Assembly (NCBI GenBank): GCA_002104945.1
Contig: MCFH01000055.1
Location: 1 to 64,000 of the forward strand
DNA: 64,000 nucleotides
Source of the DNA: Piromyces finnis finn
Taxonomy: Eukaryota; Fungi; Neocallimastigomycota
Direction: 5' to 3'
The notes below the pieces were generated by a model. The model did not search any database, was not told the origin of the DNA, and worked only from the letters and a program-made list of their open reading frames with translations. Shown here piece after piece: positions 32,201-42,634 of this stretch (position 1 is its first letter; every line of letters starts with the position of its first letter). The position numbers and the translations under genes were made by a program.

Positions 32201-35200
32201 GATATCTACTACTGTACTCAATTAAGTCCCATAACTACAGTTACTAATGCAAAGGCAAGAAGGCCTCTGGTAACTGTAACCGCAGAAAACATTGAAGCCG
32301 AAATCGTGGGTAATGGTAGCCACAAGGCTACAAAAGAAACCAGAAACGGAAGTTCCGGAGGGTTGGCATCGAGTTCCAACTTAGAGAAAACTTGTGTTTC
32401 CGGAGGGTTGACACGAAGTTCTGACTTAGAGAAAAATCACATTTACGTAGGGTTGGTACAGGAAGAAAACTTAAACGAAAATCAACCTACACCTGAAGAA
32501 ATTGTGGAGAAGTACTACCACAATTTCAAAGAAGCATTTAATGAAGAAATAGCTAACCAGCTACCAGAACACCGTCCTTACGACTGTAAGATCGACCTGG
32601 AGCCGGATGCTAGTCTTCATAAAGGGCCTATATATCCCTTCAATCCAGAAGAGGAAAAAGCACTGAAGGAATATATAGAGGAAAACCTGGCAAAGGGCTT
32701 CATCAGGAAATCAGAGAGTCCTGCAGGTTATCCTGTGTTATTCGTGCCCAAAAAGAGTGGTGAAAGACGATTATGTACTGACTATAGGCGTCTTAATAAG
32801 GTAACAGTGCGTAACTCCTTTCCCTTACCACTCATCAGTCAAGTGTTCGAGGCTATGAAAGGAGCGACTATCTTCTCCAAGTTGGATTTGAAGTCTGCTT
32901 ACAACCTCGTGCGTATTCGTGAAGGTGACGAATACAAGACGGCATTCTCAACCAAGTTTGGGCATTATGAATATCTAGTGATGCCATTTGGGTTGACTAA
33001 TGCTCCTGCCACGTTCCAAGGGTTCATTAATACGGTGCTGGCAGAAGAAATCAACGACTGCTGTCAAGTGTACTTGGATGATATCATCATCTACTCCAAG
33101 TCACTTGAAAAGCATGTAGGGCATGTAAAAAGAGTCCTACAAAAGCTAATAGATAATCGTCTAGTAGCTAAGTTAGCGAAGTGTGAGTTCCACAAGGAAG
33201 AACTTGCATTCCTGGGTCATGTAGTTGGAAAATATGGTATTAAAACCGACCCAGAAAAGTTAAAAGCTGTAGCAAGTTGGCCACAACCAACCAACATTAA
33301 AGAACTACAGTCATTCCTCGGATTCTGCAACTATTATAGGAAGTTTATAAAGGACTTCTCTAAGATAGCAAGGCCGTTATATGCGATGACGTCCAAAAAG
33401 GTACAGTTCCTGTGGAATGAAGAACGCATCCAGGCGTTCGAGAAGTTAAAAGAAATGCTGTTGTCTCCACCAGTATTAGCATATCCTGACCATGACCGTC
33501 AGTTTATAGTGGAGTGCGACGCTAGTAACTACGCAGTGGGTGGTGTATTATCACAACTAGGCGATGACAATGAACTACACCCTGTGTATTACTATTCCAA
33601 GAAGCTTACGAAAGCAGAAATCAACTACTCCATCACGGAAAAGGAGTTGTTGGCTATTAGGAATGCTTTCATCGAGTGGCGACACCTGTTAATGGGTGCG
33701 AAACATAAGGTCTTAGTATATAGTGACCATAGGAATCTCCTGTTCGCCACAAAACCACAGTTGTTGACAGCAAGACAGGCAAGATGGCAAGAGTTGTTTG
33801 CTGCATACAACTTCGAAATAATATATTGGCCAGGAAAAATGAATGGTAGAGCCGATATCCTATCAAGAATGGTATCTCCAGAACAGGTACAACTGGAGAT
33901 GGAAAAAGCTAGCCTCCTTCGACCTGAACAGGTAAAAGAATTTCCACCAGTGGAAGAAGAGTGCTATGCGGTGTTAGAAGTAAGCTTTGTGGGAGAACTG
34001 AAACAAGCTTACAACACGGATGAGCTTGCTAGGGAAATTAGAGATGGTCTTGACGCAAAAAGAGGCCACAAGCTCATCAAAAAGAAGTGGTTGATGGTTA
34101 ATGGGTTGATTGTTAGAAAGGATGCACCAGAACGTACATATGTACCAAAGGTGTTAAGGGAAACAATCATAAAACTTAACCACGATAGTGAAACAGCAGG
34201 TCATCTGGGAAAAGATAAAACTTATGACCTGATAGCCAGAAACTACTACTGGCCAAAAATGAAGGATGACATTGCGGGATACATTAAAGCTTGTACCATA
34301 TGTTGTACCCAAAAGGACAACAGACACAAGCCGTACGGTAGCGCTGCTAGGGTAAAAGTTGCAGACTTACCTTGGCAAGAAGTAGAAATTGACTTCCTGA
34401 CGGACCTACCTATTAAGGAACGTAGAAAACCAGGTAGTAGTCCCTCAGAAACCCCAGAAGTCACTAGAAGAGGTTGTATCATGGTTTGTAGCGACAAGTT
34501 AACCAAAATGATACACTTAGTGGGTTTTAGGAGTATGCCTACTGCTAAAGAAACAGCATTAGCATACTTACAACATGTATTCAAGTTACATGGTTGTCCC
34601 AAATCGGTTACTACAGATCGTGGTGTCCAGTTCACTAGTAAGTTGTGGAAGGACATTATGGGGTTCTTTGGCGTAGAAGTAAACCTTGCTACTACTGGCC
34701 ATCATGAAACAGTTGGTCAGGTAGAACGCAATAACTCCTACGTAAGTATGTACCTTAGATGCTTTGTGAAGACCTTTGATGACGACGAATGGTTGAAGTA
34801 CTTGTACTTAGCTGAGTTCTGCTATAATAATGCAGTGCACAGTTCTACTAAGCAGTCCCCATTCCTAGCCTTGTATAACTACCAGGTACATATGAACCCT
34901 CAAGACTCAGAACTTGTCCACTCACTTGGTGAAGCTCCTATATTAGATAGCTTCGCTCACAACTTAGGTAACTTAAAGCACATGCTGGACATATCAAGAA
35001 CACGGTTCTTAGACCACTTGGACCATAGGAGAGAACTTAACTACCCTAAAATTAGGCTCCTGGATTTGGTGTGGTTAAGAAAACCAGAAAATTACAACCC
35101 TCTTCCCTTCTACAAGCTACAAGCAAGAAAGTACGGTCCCTTCAAGGTTATTGGAATTGATGAAAGCAAGCTTAACTACCGGTTGGATATCAGCAAGTCA

Positions 35201-36003
35201 CCTTTCCCCAATGTCTACCCAGTGTTTCATATCAGTGAACTTGAACCCTACCATAACAAACCTGAAGAACTAACACCTGCACCAGTGGGCTACCAGAAAA
35301 TTATCAAAATCATGAATGCCAGAAGAAAGAAGGATAACTACCAATACTTAGCTACCTTTAGTGACTTTAGGCAAGAGTGGGTTGATGCTGATATCATTGA
35401 CAAGAACTCCCACTATGACAAGCTACTCAAGGAATTTCAAGATAAATGCTACCAGGAATTCATGGTTAGTGTCCAAAACCCTGCCTAGGTTTTCTCCTTA
35501 GGGGGGCATTGTAAGAAATATTTGTGGCCATAAGTTTGCCCACAAATATTTCAATTGAAACCATATATTCTGGTCACCATTTATTGGCCAAATATATGCA
35601 TAACCATATATTAATGGTTATTAATTAAATAGGAAGTTTATTTGCTTTACCCAATCAAGTGGTAAAGAAAATAAACTCATATAGTTAAATAGTATAGTCA
35701 AAACTAACGTTAAATACTTTAGCGTTAGTATTAAAGTAAATTAATAACTATAATAATAATTAATGTAGATAATTATAATTAATAAATAAAAGATATAATT
35801 AAAATATAATTATTAAGTAAAAGTTATTTCATAAAATATTTATATAAGTGTTTATATTTATTTTAGTGTTATAATATTTATTTTCCTTCTTTTATTATTT
35901 TTTATAAAACTTTATTTAGTTATTAACTCGTATAGAGAGGTAATAACTAACTTAATTAACTAATTATTAACTTATTAACTAATATTATAATAAACCTTTT
36001 ACA
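29288..36003 (+). mobile_element. Ty3/gypsy chromovirus-like element D (same family as C), 11 bp upstream of tRNA-Glu
   Basis: 494-bp LTRs 29288-29781 and 35510-36003, 5-bp TSD TTATC, self-PBS at 29782-29792, PPT at about 35500-35509. Confidence 0.97.
30083..35488 (+). CDS. Gag-Pol polyprotein of D
   Basis: Near-identical to the C ORF but 60 aa shorter in the PR-RT linker repeats; YRPG to YWPG change in RNase H. Confidence 0.95.
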   Translation: MKNTGKSPNPRGVHKLDTKTSFVRDGTCPDAASADGMDGVEGMSRVRTPVLLESTEVESNQNLQVQQGDSMPTPVDPSFFFTNNSEVNPMQHIEVLLNRWVSEISSQFASMGNRLGAMEEQLRGIEVYKSEINDALQQKFVEVDQRLEANESASQVSLEELHAVENAFTAEHEERLQDHQQVLNNQETLYRQSSAFVSYKKELEEEMARLREQRNALEEREKLFEAKVEAMNRRAEARAHERTSYQTGGMGNPHGAGTSSSTNPTEYSEDGDVKMFDWRVHRYEEKVPMFDNNGIDLEGFQEKCLRHFKRYPYDYGNDEKAKVSFIEDHLGGKVLRWYRLRERMLQRRNPDAERLFLHLQDKFPPESPHELCKSKLLKLTHEWGKAYDYLEEFNELTETLGLPENVRRQVLIQQVRPSVREAFYDIPEQERTLETLSEVLLKCDDHQAVFRNETIEKYDKRDRQTTIMALLDITDPCRPSRWAELKQKNNKPNNKPKVEQTNTQAYAKNNNGTKERRESLNKSSFRRSSSFQPRQGPSSMGNNPLPKAMASQTTVNNSYYSQNQLVAEINARSNPRDIKRVEVLYDTGSTTNLIHPNLAKKLGLKVVDKPAIFRTVNGDIELKQFSDDLQLKLWLTPSGEQEAKPYCFNTSCHLSDNMPEMIIVGLGFMDEHFIYRGYDKDAQVRYFVVDNDKDKGHTNSYGVNGGDIYYCTQLSPITTVTNAKARRPLVTVTAENIEAEIVGNGSHKATKETRNGSSGGLASSSNLEKTCVSGGLTRSSDLEKNHIYVGLVQEENLNENQPTPEEIVEKYYHNFKEAFNEEIANQLPEHRPYDCKIDLEPDASLHKGPIYPFNPEEEKALKEYIEENLAKGFIRKSESPAGYPVLFVPKKSGERRLCTDYRRLNKVTVRNSFPLPLISQVFEAMKGATIFSKLDLKSAYNLVRIREGDEYKTAFSTKFGHYEYLVMPFGLTNAPATFQGFINTVLAEEINDCCQVYLDDIIIYSKSLEKHVGHVKRVLQKLIDNRLVAKLAKCEFHKEELAFLGHVVGKYGIKTDPEKLKAVASWPQPTNIKELQSFLGFCNYYRKFIKDFSKIARPLYAMTSKKVQFLWNEERIQAFEKLKEMLLSPPVLAYPDHDRQFIVECDASNYAVGGVLSQLGDDNELHPVYYYSKKLTKAEINYSITEKELLAIRNAFIEWRHLLMGAKHKVLVYSDHRNLLFATKPQLLTARQARWQELFAAYNFEIIYWPGKMNGRADILSRMVSPEQVQLEMEKASLLRPEQVKEFPPVEEECYAVLEVSFVGELKQAYNTDELAREIRDGLDAKRGHKLIKKKWLMVNGLIVRKDAPERTYVPKVLRETIIKLNHDSETAGHLGKDKTYDLIARNYYWPKMKDDIAGYIKACTICCTQKDNRHKPYGSAARVKVADLPWQEVEIDFLTDLPIKERRKPGSSPSETPEVTRRGCIMVCSDKLTKMIHLVGFRSMPTAKETALAYLQHVFKLHGCPKSVTTDRGVQFTSKLWKDIMGFFGVEVNLATTGHHETVGQVERNNSYVSMYLRCFVKTFDDDEWLKYLYLAEFCYNNAVHSSTKQSPFLALYNYQVHMNPQDSELVHSLGEAPILDSFAHNLGNLKHMLDISRTRFLDHLDHRRELNYPKIRLLDLVWLRKPENYNPLPFYKLQARKYGPFKVIGIDESKLNYRLDISKSPFPNVYPVFHISELEPYHNKPEELTPAPVGYQKIIKIMNARRKKDNYQYLATFSDFRQEWVDADIIDKNSHYDKLLKEFQDKCYQEFMVSVQNPA

Positions 36004-36139
36004 TTATCTATAACGGATTAATATTACTAAATGCTATAATATATAATCACATATATTTATGTTAATTTATCATATGATATGATATTTCATGTGATATAAT
36101 TTATTTACTAATATTATATTATAAAATACTATAAAATAT

Positions 36140-36350
36140 TGATAATTACTTTATATTTAAATAATATTTTATATATTTTATATAATATTTTATATATTTT
36201 ATATAATATTTTATATATTTTATATATTTTATATAATATTTTATATATTTTATATATTTTATATAATATTTTATATATTTTATATATTTTATATAATATT
36301 TTATATATTTTATATATTTTATATTTATATAATATTTTATATTTAAATAA
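36140..36350. repeat. TA-rich minisatellite (TATATTTTA/TATAATATTT units)
   Basis: Direct reading. Confidence 0.85.
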
Positions 36351-36439
36351 TTAACATGTATTATTATAGTAAGTAAATAATATTATTAATTAATATTTAA
36401 TAATATTAATTAATAATAGTTAATACATATTAATAATAT

Positions 36440-36781
36440 TATAAAAGAAAACATGTAAACAAACGCTAATACTTTAGCGTTAGTATTAAAGTAAAATATT
36501 ATAATAAATAATTAATAATATAGAATAATTATATTTAAAGTAGGTAAAGATAGTTTATATTAGTAAGAGAAATAAGATGATAAACATTTATTATTATATA
36601 TAACTAAATGACTTTATTCATTGTTTAATTACTAATTTATTTATAAATTTTAATATAAAAATATTATTTATACTATTAGCTCGTATGAGAGGTTGTTACT
36701 TATTTATTAGTATAATATTTTTTTATATAAAATAATATATAAATCTATTCCTCTTATAGAAAATATAATAAACCTTTTACA
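36440..36781 (+). mobile_element. Diverged solo LTR related to the C/D family (left boundary uncertain)
   Basis: Contains ACTTTAGCGTTAGTATTAAAGTAAA and CTCGTATGAGAGG, and ends AAACCTTTTACA like the C/D LTRs. Confidence 0.65.
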
Positions 36782-36787
36782 ATAATT

Positions 36788-37030
36788 TTGATATAAGGAT
36801 GATATTATCTTAATTATATAAATATAAATGAATATAGAAAGTGATAATATTTGTATCTAAAATTTAATAAATAAATTATTAAAAATAAATAAAGAAAAAT
36901 AAATTAAAAAATTAACGATTTTTATACTTGTTCATTTCAAGTGTTAGTTAATTTTTAAAATATAAAATATACTATATTTAATTATAAAAATTATAGTATT
37001 ATTTAATAACTCTTGTATTATTAGATAATT
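36788..37030 (-). mobile_element. LTR fragment of the mini-element family
   Basis: Shares TTATCTTAATT...GAATATAGAAAGTGATAATAT...TTTTTATACTTGTTCATTT with 1134-1640. Confidence 0.55.
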
Positions 37031-37059
37031 AAAAATTACTACATTTGGTATGTATTATA

Positions 37060-37220
37060 GAAATAATTATAAAAATTATAAAAATTATAAAAATTATAAA
37101 AATTATAGAAATTATAAAAATTATAGAAATTATAAAAATTATAAAAATTATAGAAATTATAAAAATTATAAAAATTATAGAAATTATAAAAATTATAGAA
37201 ATTATAAAAATTATAAAAAA
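37060..37220. repeat. 9-bp tandem repeat (A[A/G]AAATTAT)n
   Basis: Direct reading; source of the NYK/IIK ORFs. Confidence 0.9.
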
Positions 37221-39211
37221 AATTTTTTTTTTTCTTATGACTTTATAATTATTATGTACAAATATAATACGAGGTTTTAAAAAAAGGTATATGTAATTAA
37301 TACATATTTAATTTATAGAATAGACAATTAATATAAATAATTGATCATGTATTAAATTTAAAATGTAATCTTTAAAAATAGAGAGGGTGTAAATACTCGA
37401 AAAAAATTCCTATCATTAGGAATCTCGAGAATTCATTAATTTAAATATTTTTACTCTAATAATTACAATAACAATAAACTTTATAATACATTATAATTTA
37501 TTTGCATATATTATAATAGTAATATAATGTATAACAAGCGTATATGTAAAAATAAATCATTCAAAAATATACATATATATCACTTTTTAAGTATATTTAA
37601 AATTTAAAATATATTTGAATACGTGTCATTTTCTTTCAGAATTCAATTATATAATTCTTCTATTTAAACAAGCTTTAAACAATACTTTTCATTGTTTAAA
37701 AAAGAAAGTTTAATTAGTTAGTCTGATAATTAATTGTAATCTTTATCAATTACTATATTAAATTAAATAAAACATTCGGATTAAATTACGTTCTAACTAC
37801 TACAACTCGACAGTCAATTAATATAGAGTTAAAATAATGATAAACTAATAGCAAGTTTAATTTTACTAATATATTTAATTAATAATAAATTTAATTAATA
37901 TTAAATTAATATGTACTAATATATATTATAATTAATAATTAAATAATTTAAATACCACTCTTAAAGTTATAATCAAGCTCCATATTGGATAAAATAAGTA
38001 ATGGCTCATTTTAGGAGTAGTTTAGTGAATATTAGTAAGTAAATAAATAATTAATTAATTTATTTTTATAAAAGAGATAACTATATTTGAAGTTTTAGAG
38101 TAAATGCTTATTTTGACATAGTTTGGATTTAAAACTCAGCAAGTTAAATTAAATAATTAGTTTAATACTTTTTTCTTATTGAAGATGGCTTGAGGCTAAT
38201 GACATCTATATAAAAATATTATTAGCATTAGCATTTTTATTTTCCGGAAATGATCTAAATACCAACTTAAGTTAAATTGTATCAAGAAATTTTATTGTAA
38301 ACTTAAAATAGATTTAAGTTAAGAAAATAAATGACTAACTCTAAAGGTTTATAATTTTTGAAAAAATATTATTTTTATATATGAATAATATAATATAAAT
38401 TATTACAATTTTAATTTAGCTATTATAATTATTATAAATGTTATAAATGCTTAATATCTCAAATTGTTAAAATATAAAATTTTTTGTAAATTTCTAAATT
38501 TTTAAATTTTTAATAATATAAAATTTTTGAAAATTTAATAAAAAGGATTAGAATAATTTTATTTATTATATACTTAAAAAAGCTTAACCTTTATATTAAA
38601 AATTTTTAAATTAAAAAAAAAATATATATTTTTAAATTTATATATGTATTATTATAAATGAAATAAAATAAATTAAATATAATACCAATAGCATTAAATA
38701 AAAATAGCAATATGAAATAACATAATATAAAGAAAGTTTAAAAAAAAAAATAAAAATAAAGAAAATAAATAATATTATATATATATATATTTTTATTTTT
38801 TTTTCATTGTTTTTATTATTTACTCTATTTTCATAACAAGTATTATTTTTATTTTTTTTATTAAAATAAATTATTAATATATTATTTATAGCGTTTAACT
38901 AGCTTGTCATATTATTTTAAGTTACTTTATATAAAAATAACGTATCAATATTAAAGGCTTATTGTATTATAGATAAAAAGAAATAAGCTCTACAATATTA
39001 AAATGTAAAGACATTAATTTGATTCAAAATTAATTTCAAATAGCACTTATCTAATTTAACTTTTAAAATTAATACTAATAATTTAAAAATTCAAATAATT
39101 TATTTAAAATAATTAAAAATTTATAAATGTCAATTTTTATGGGTAAAAATTTTTGAAAAGGTTAAAACATCAGAGTATAAAAATATTATATTGCTTCAAT
39201 TAATAAAAAAC

Positions 39212-39284
39212 TGCGAAGTGTGAGGTTCGAACTCACGACCTTAAGATTATGAGACTTACGCGCTGCCGACTGCGCCAACTTCGC
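39212..39284 (-). tRNA. trnM-CAT: tRNA-Met (CAT), elongator type
   Basis: GCGAAGT/ACTTCGC acceptor (G1-C72), loop CTCATAA and T-loop TTCGAAC; lacks the initiator hallmarks A1-U72 and A54. Confidence 0.92.
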
Positions 39285-39352
39285 TTTACACATTTTTTTC
39301 GTGAAAATTTTATTAACTAAATTATAAAAACTATATAAATTTTTTATATGTG

Positions 39353-40002
39353 TGTCAAAATCTCAATTCATGAAATTCGACATTTCATGAAATTTCATAA
39401 TTTTGAAATTATTAATTAAATTAATTAAAATATTAATTTAATAATATTTTACTAATAATAGTTGATTTAATATAAATATTAATTGGGAAGCTATTTATTA
39501 TCCGGAGATAAATAGTGTAACAATTAATTAATATTAAACAAACCAATTAGTAAAATATGATTCATTTAAACAATTATTAATATTATTTTTAACAACTTAT
39601 TAATATCAATATTTAAAGAAAATTATATTTTTATATTATTATATTATTATATTTTATTAATATTTATATTTATATTATTATACATGTATAACTTAAAAAT
39701 ATTATTATTATTATACTTTATTAATATCAATATTATATTAAAAATGAAAGTATAAATAAGTTGAACAAAGAACGATTTTAAGAAGTTCTTTGTGAGATTA
39801 TTAATACTCTTTTTTTATATAGTAAATTCAATATTTAAAAATTAATAATTAATATTTATATATTAATAAAAAGCTGAATAAAATAATTCTTTAAAAACTA
39901 TATTTATTATTCCTTATCTTAACACTTACTTTACTATATAATTAAGCCTATCCTAACCTAGTAGACTTAATTATAAACTTAAATCCACTTAGATTCTTGA
40001 CA
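39353..40002 (+). mobile_element. Solo LTR, 650 bp, 68 bp upstream of tRNA-Met
   Basis: TGTCAA...TTGACA termini, perfect 5-bp TSD ATGTG (39348-39352 and 40003-40007), second copy at 1-556. Strand is arbitrary. Confidence 0.85.
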
Positions 40003-40476
40003 ATGTGTGAAGATATTAACTGGATTTAAAATAAATTCAGATAATATCTATAATTAATTAAACATAATAATTATAATTAAATAATTTCAATAATTACTTT
40101 AAGACACCTTTAAAAGTCACCTTTTAAATTTTGATTCAGTGTAAGTATTCTATTATTAATATATTACATGTAATACCTTATCTCTATCTTAACAGAGGAA
40201 AAATAGAATGAATTGAATTCGATTTTAATTCTTTGTAAAGATTATAGTTATAATATTAATTATATAGTTACTAAATATATTATCATTTTATATTATTATT
40301 ATTAAATAAATAAAATTTTATAATAAAGTTATTTTAAAACCAAATATTGACTTTTCTTATTTGGAAGTTTTAAGGGTTATATTATAATTAAATTTAATTT
40401 CTTACAAAACATTTTTACTATGTAATTAATAACATTCTGACTTGGCCGCATAACCAAACTCTAAGATTTAACAATG

Positions 40477-40850
40477 TGTCACGGATACTAGTGAAATCTG
40501 CAATTTCAAGTGATCTTGAAATTGCAAAATTACTTTTAAAATATAGAAAAATTAATTATTATCAAATTTTAAAATTATATAACAATGTTAAGAAATATTA
40601 AACTTGTTAAAGATTAAAGCAGCATTAGCATGACCTTTACCTTTTATAAAAAATTAATGCAAACACTTTTAACCTTTAAGATTATAAATAGCAAAAGAGA
40701 AACAATCATAGCTCAACAACAAATGTGAATTTTTGGATGAAAATATTTTTGCATAAAATTATGATTATTAGATAGGGTCACACTCGTGAACAACAACATA
40801 TGTTAAAATGGATTTGATATTTCTGCTGATTCATGAAATATCAATGCTTA
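40477..40850 (-). mobile_element. LTR relic (TGTCACGGATACTAG end)
   Basis: Reverse complement of the 3140-3606 / 59550-59935 family. Confidence 0.5.
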
Positions 40851-40851
40851 A

Positions 40852-40882
<31 letters not shown>

Positions 40883-41117
40883 GAAGCCTTAACTTAAATC
40901 TATATTATCACAAAATTTCTGCTAATTTTCCCAATTTCCACTATTACTTAGCAAGGTATAGTTATATTAAGGATTTAATTAGTATTATATCAATATACTA
41001 TATTAAATATTAAATTGATTAATAATAGTATATATAATATAATAAAAGATAATATATATATTTAAATCATTATTCAAGTCATCTAACTTACGAAAAATAA
41101 TTTCATTTAAAAATTTT

Positions 41118-41118
41118 C

Positions 41119-41155
<37 letters not shown>

Positions 41156-41189
41156 GTTATTATTATTATTATTATTATTGTTATTGTTA

Positions 41190-41280
<91 letters not shown>

Positions 41281-41312
41281 CATCATCATTATTATTATTA
41301 ATAATAATATTA
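41118..41312. repeat. (TTA)n microsatellite
   Basis: Direct reading. Confidence 0.95.
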
Positions 41313-41727
41313 TTACTTTAATCAAAGAATCAAAAGATTGTTTGATTTGATCGAAACAGATCGAAGCAATTAATAACAATTATTAACCATTTATGAGAAT
41401 CTATAATTAGAATTATCAATTATTTATTCTATAACTTAATAAGAATAAGCTTTAAACAATACTTTTTAAATAAATAATAAATATTTTCACTTTTCAATTA
41501 ATATATTAGTATATATTGAAATAGTATATTTTTGTGACTTGCGTTATATTTTATCTGGCAAGCTTATGATAAAAGTAATTTTAATCTTATTTTAAGTTCA
41601 TCAAATATCTATTTAATTTTAAGAGTCCACTTAATGATTAACATTAACTTTTAACTCCAATAATTTTTAATTTTTAAACTTTTTTTTTCTGTTCTTTTCT
41701 TTTTTGTTATAGTTTAAAACATATTAC

Positions 41728-41759
<32 letters not shown>

Positions 41760-41781
41760 TAAAAATAAATGACATTTATTT

Positions 41782-42350
41782 TGATACGGGTTAATTTTAT
41801 GTAGAAAGAATTAAACTTTAATTAATATATATTTTATTAATAATTTTATTTATAACGTTCCAATATTTCTATTCTGTCTAAATACTAAAACGTTCTGTCG
41901 TTGTCAAATATTAAAATTCTAACTAAAACAAGAAGCCCTTTTTAATAATATTTATTCTAGTCTATTTATACTAATGAGGCTTACTTAATAATTAATTGTC
42001 CAATTATAAGGCTGGAACTATATGGATCATTCATTTACAATACTCTTTTACATTACATGATATTACATTTGTCGTACATTTACATTATATTCTTATACAT
42101 TGTAGAAATAATTAATATTATAATAAATCTATATAAATTTAATATTAGGAAAAATTACTAATATAATAATATGTTCAAGTCACATATTATTTTTATATCA
42201 AAAATCCCCTCGCTATAGGAGAGCGAAGTATAATTTAAGATACAAAATTTTTACTGAGCGTATCTGGTTATAATATTAATTTTTCTGGTTATAAAACTAA
42301 ATTTCTAAAATTAAAAAAAATTGAAAAAAAATTGAAAAAAAATACTAATA

Positions 42351-42388
<38 letters not shown>

Positions 42389-42594
42389 ATTATTATGATT
42401 ATTTATATATACTAATTATTATTGTTATTATTATTATTATTTACTATTATTATAATTATTATTTATTATTATTCTCAATAATCTATGGTAGGCTACTCGA
42501 GGTTTAGCAAGGTCGAACAGGAGTTAATCGACTTTTCGAAATTCGAAATCCCTTTTTGACTTTTTCAATTTCAATTTCGAAATTTCAAATTAAT

Positions 42595-42634
<40 letters not shown>

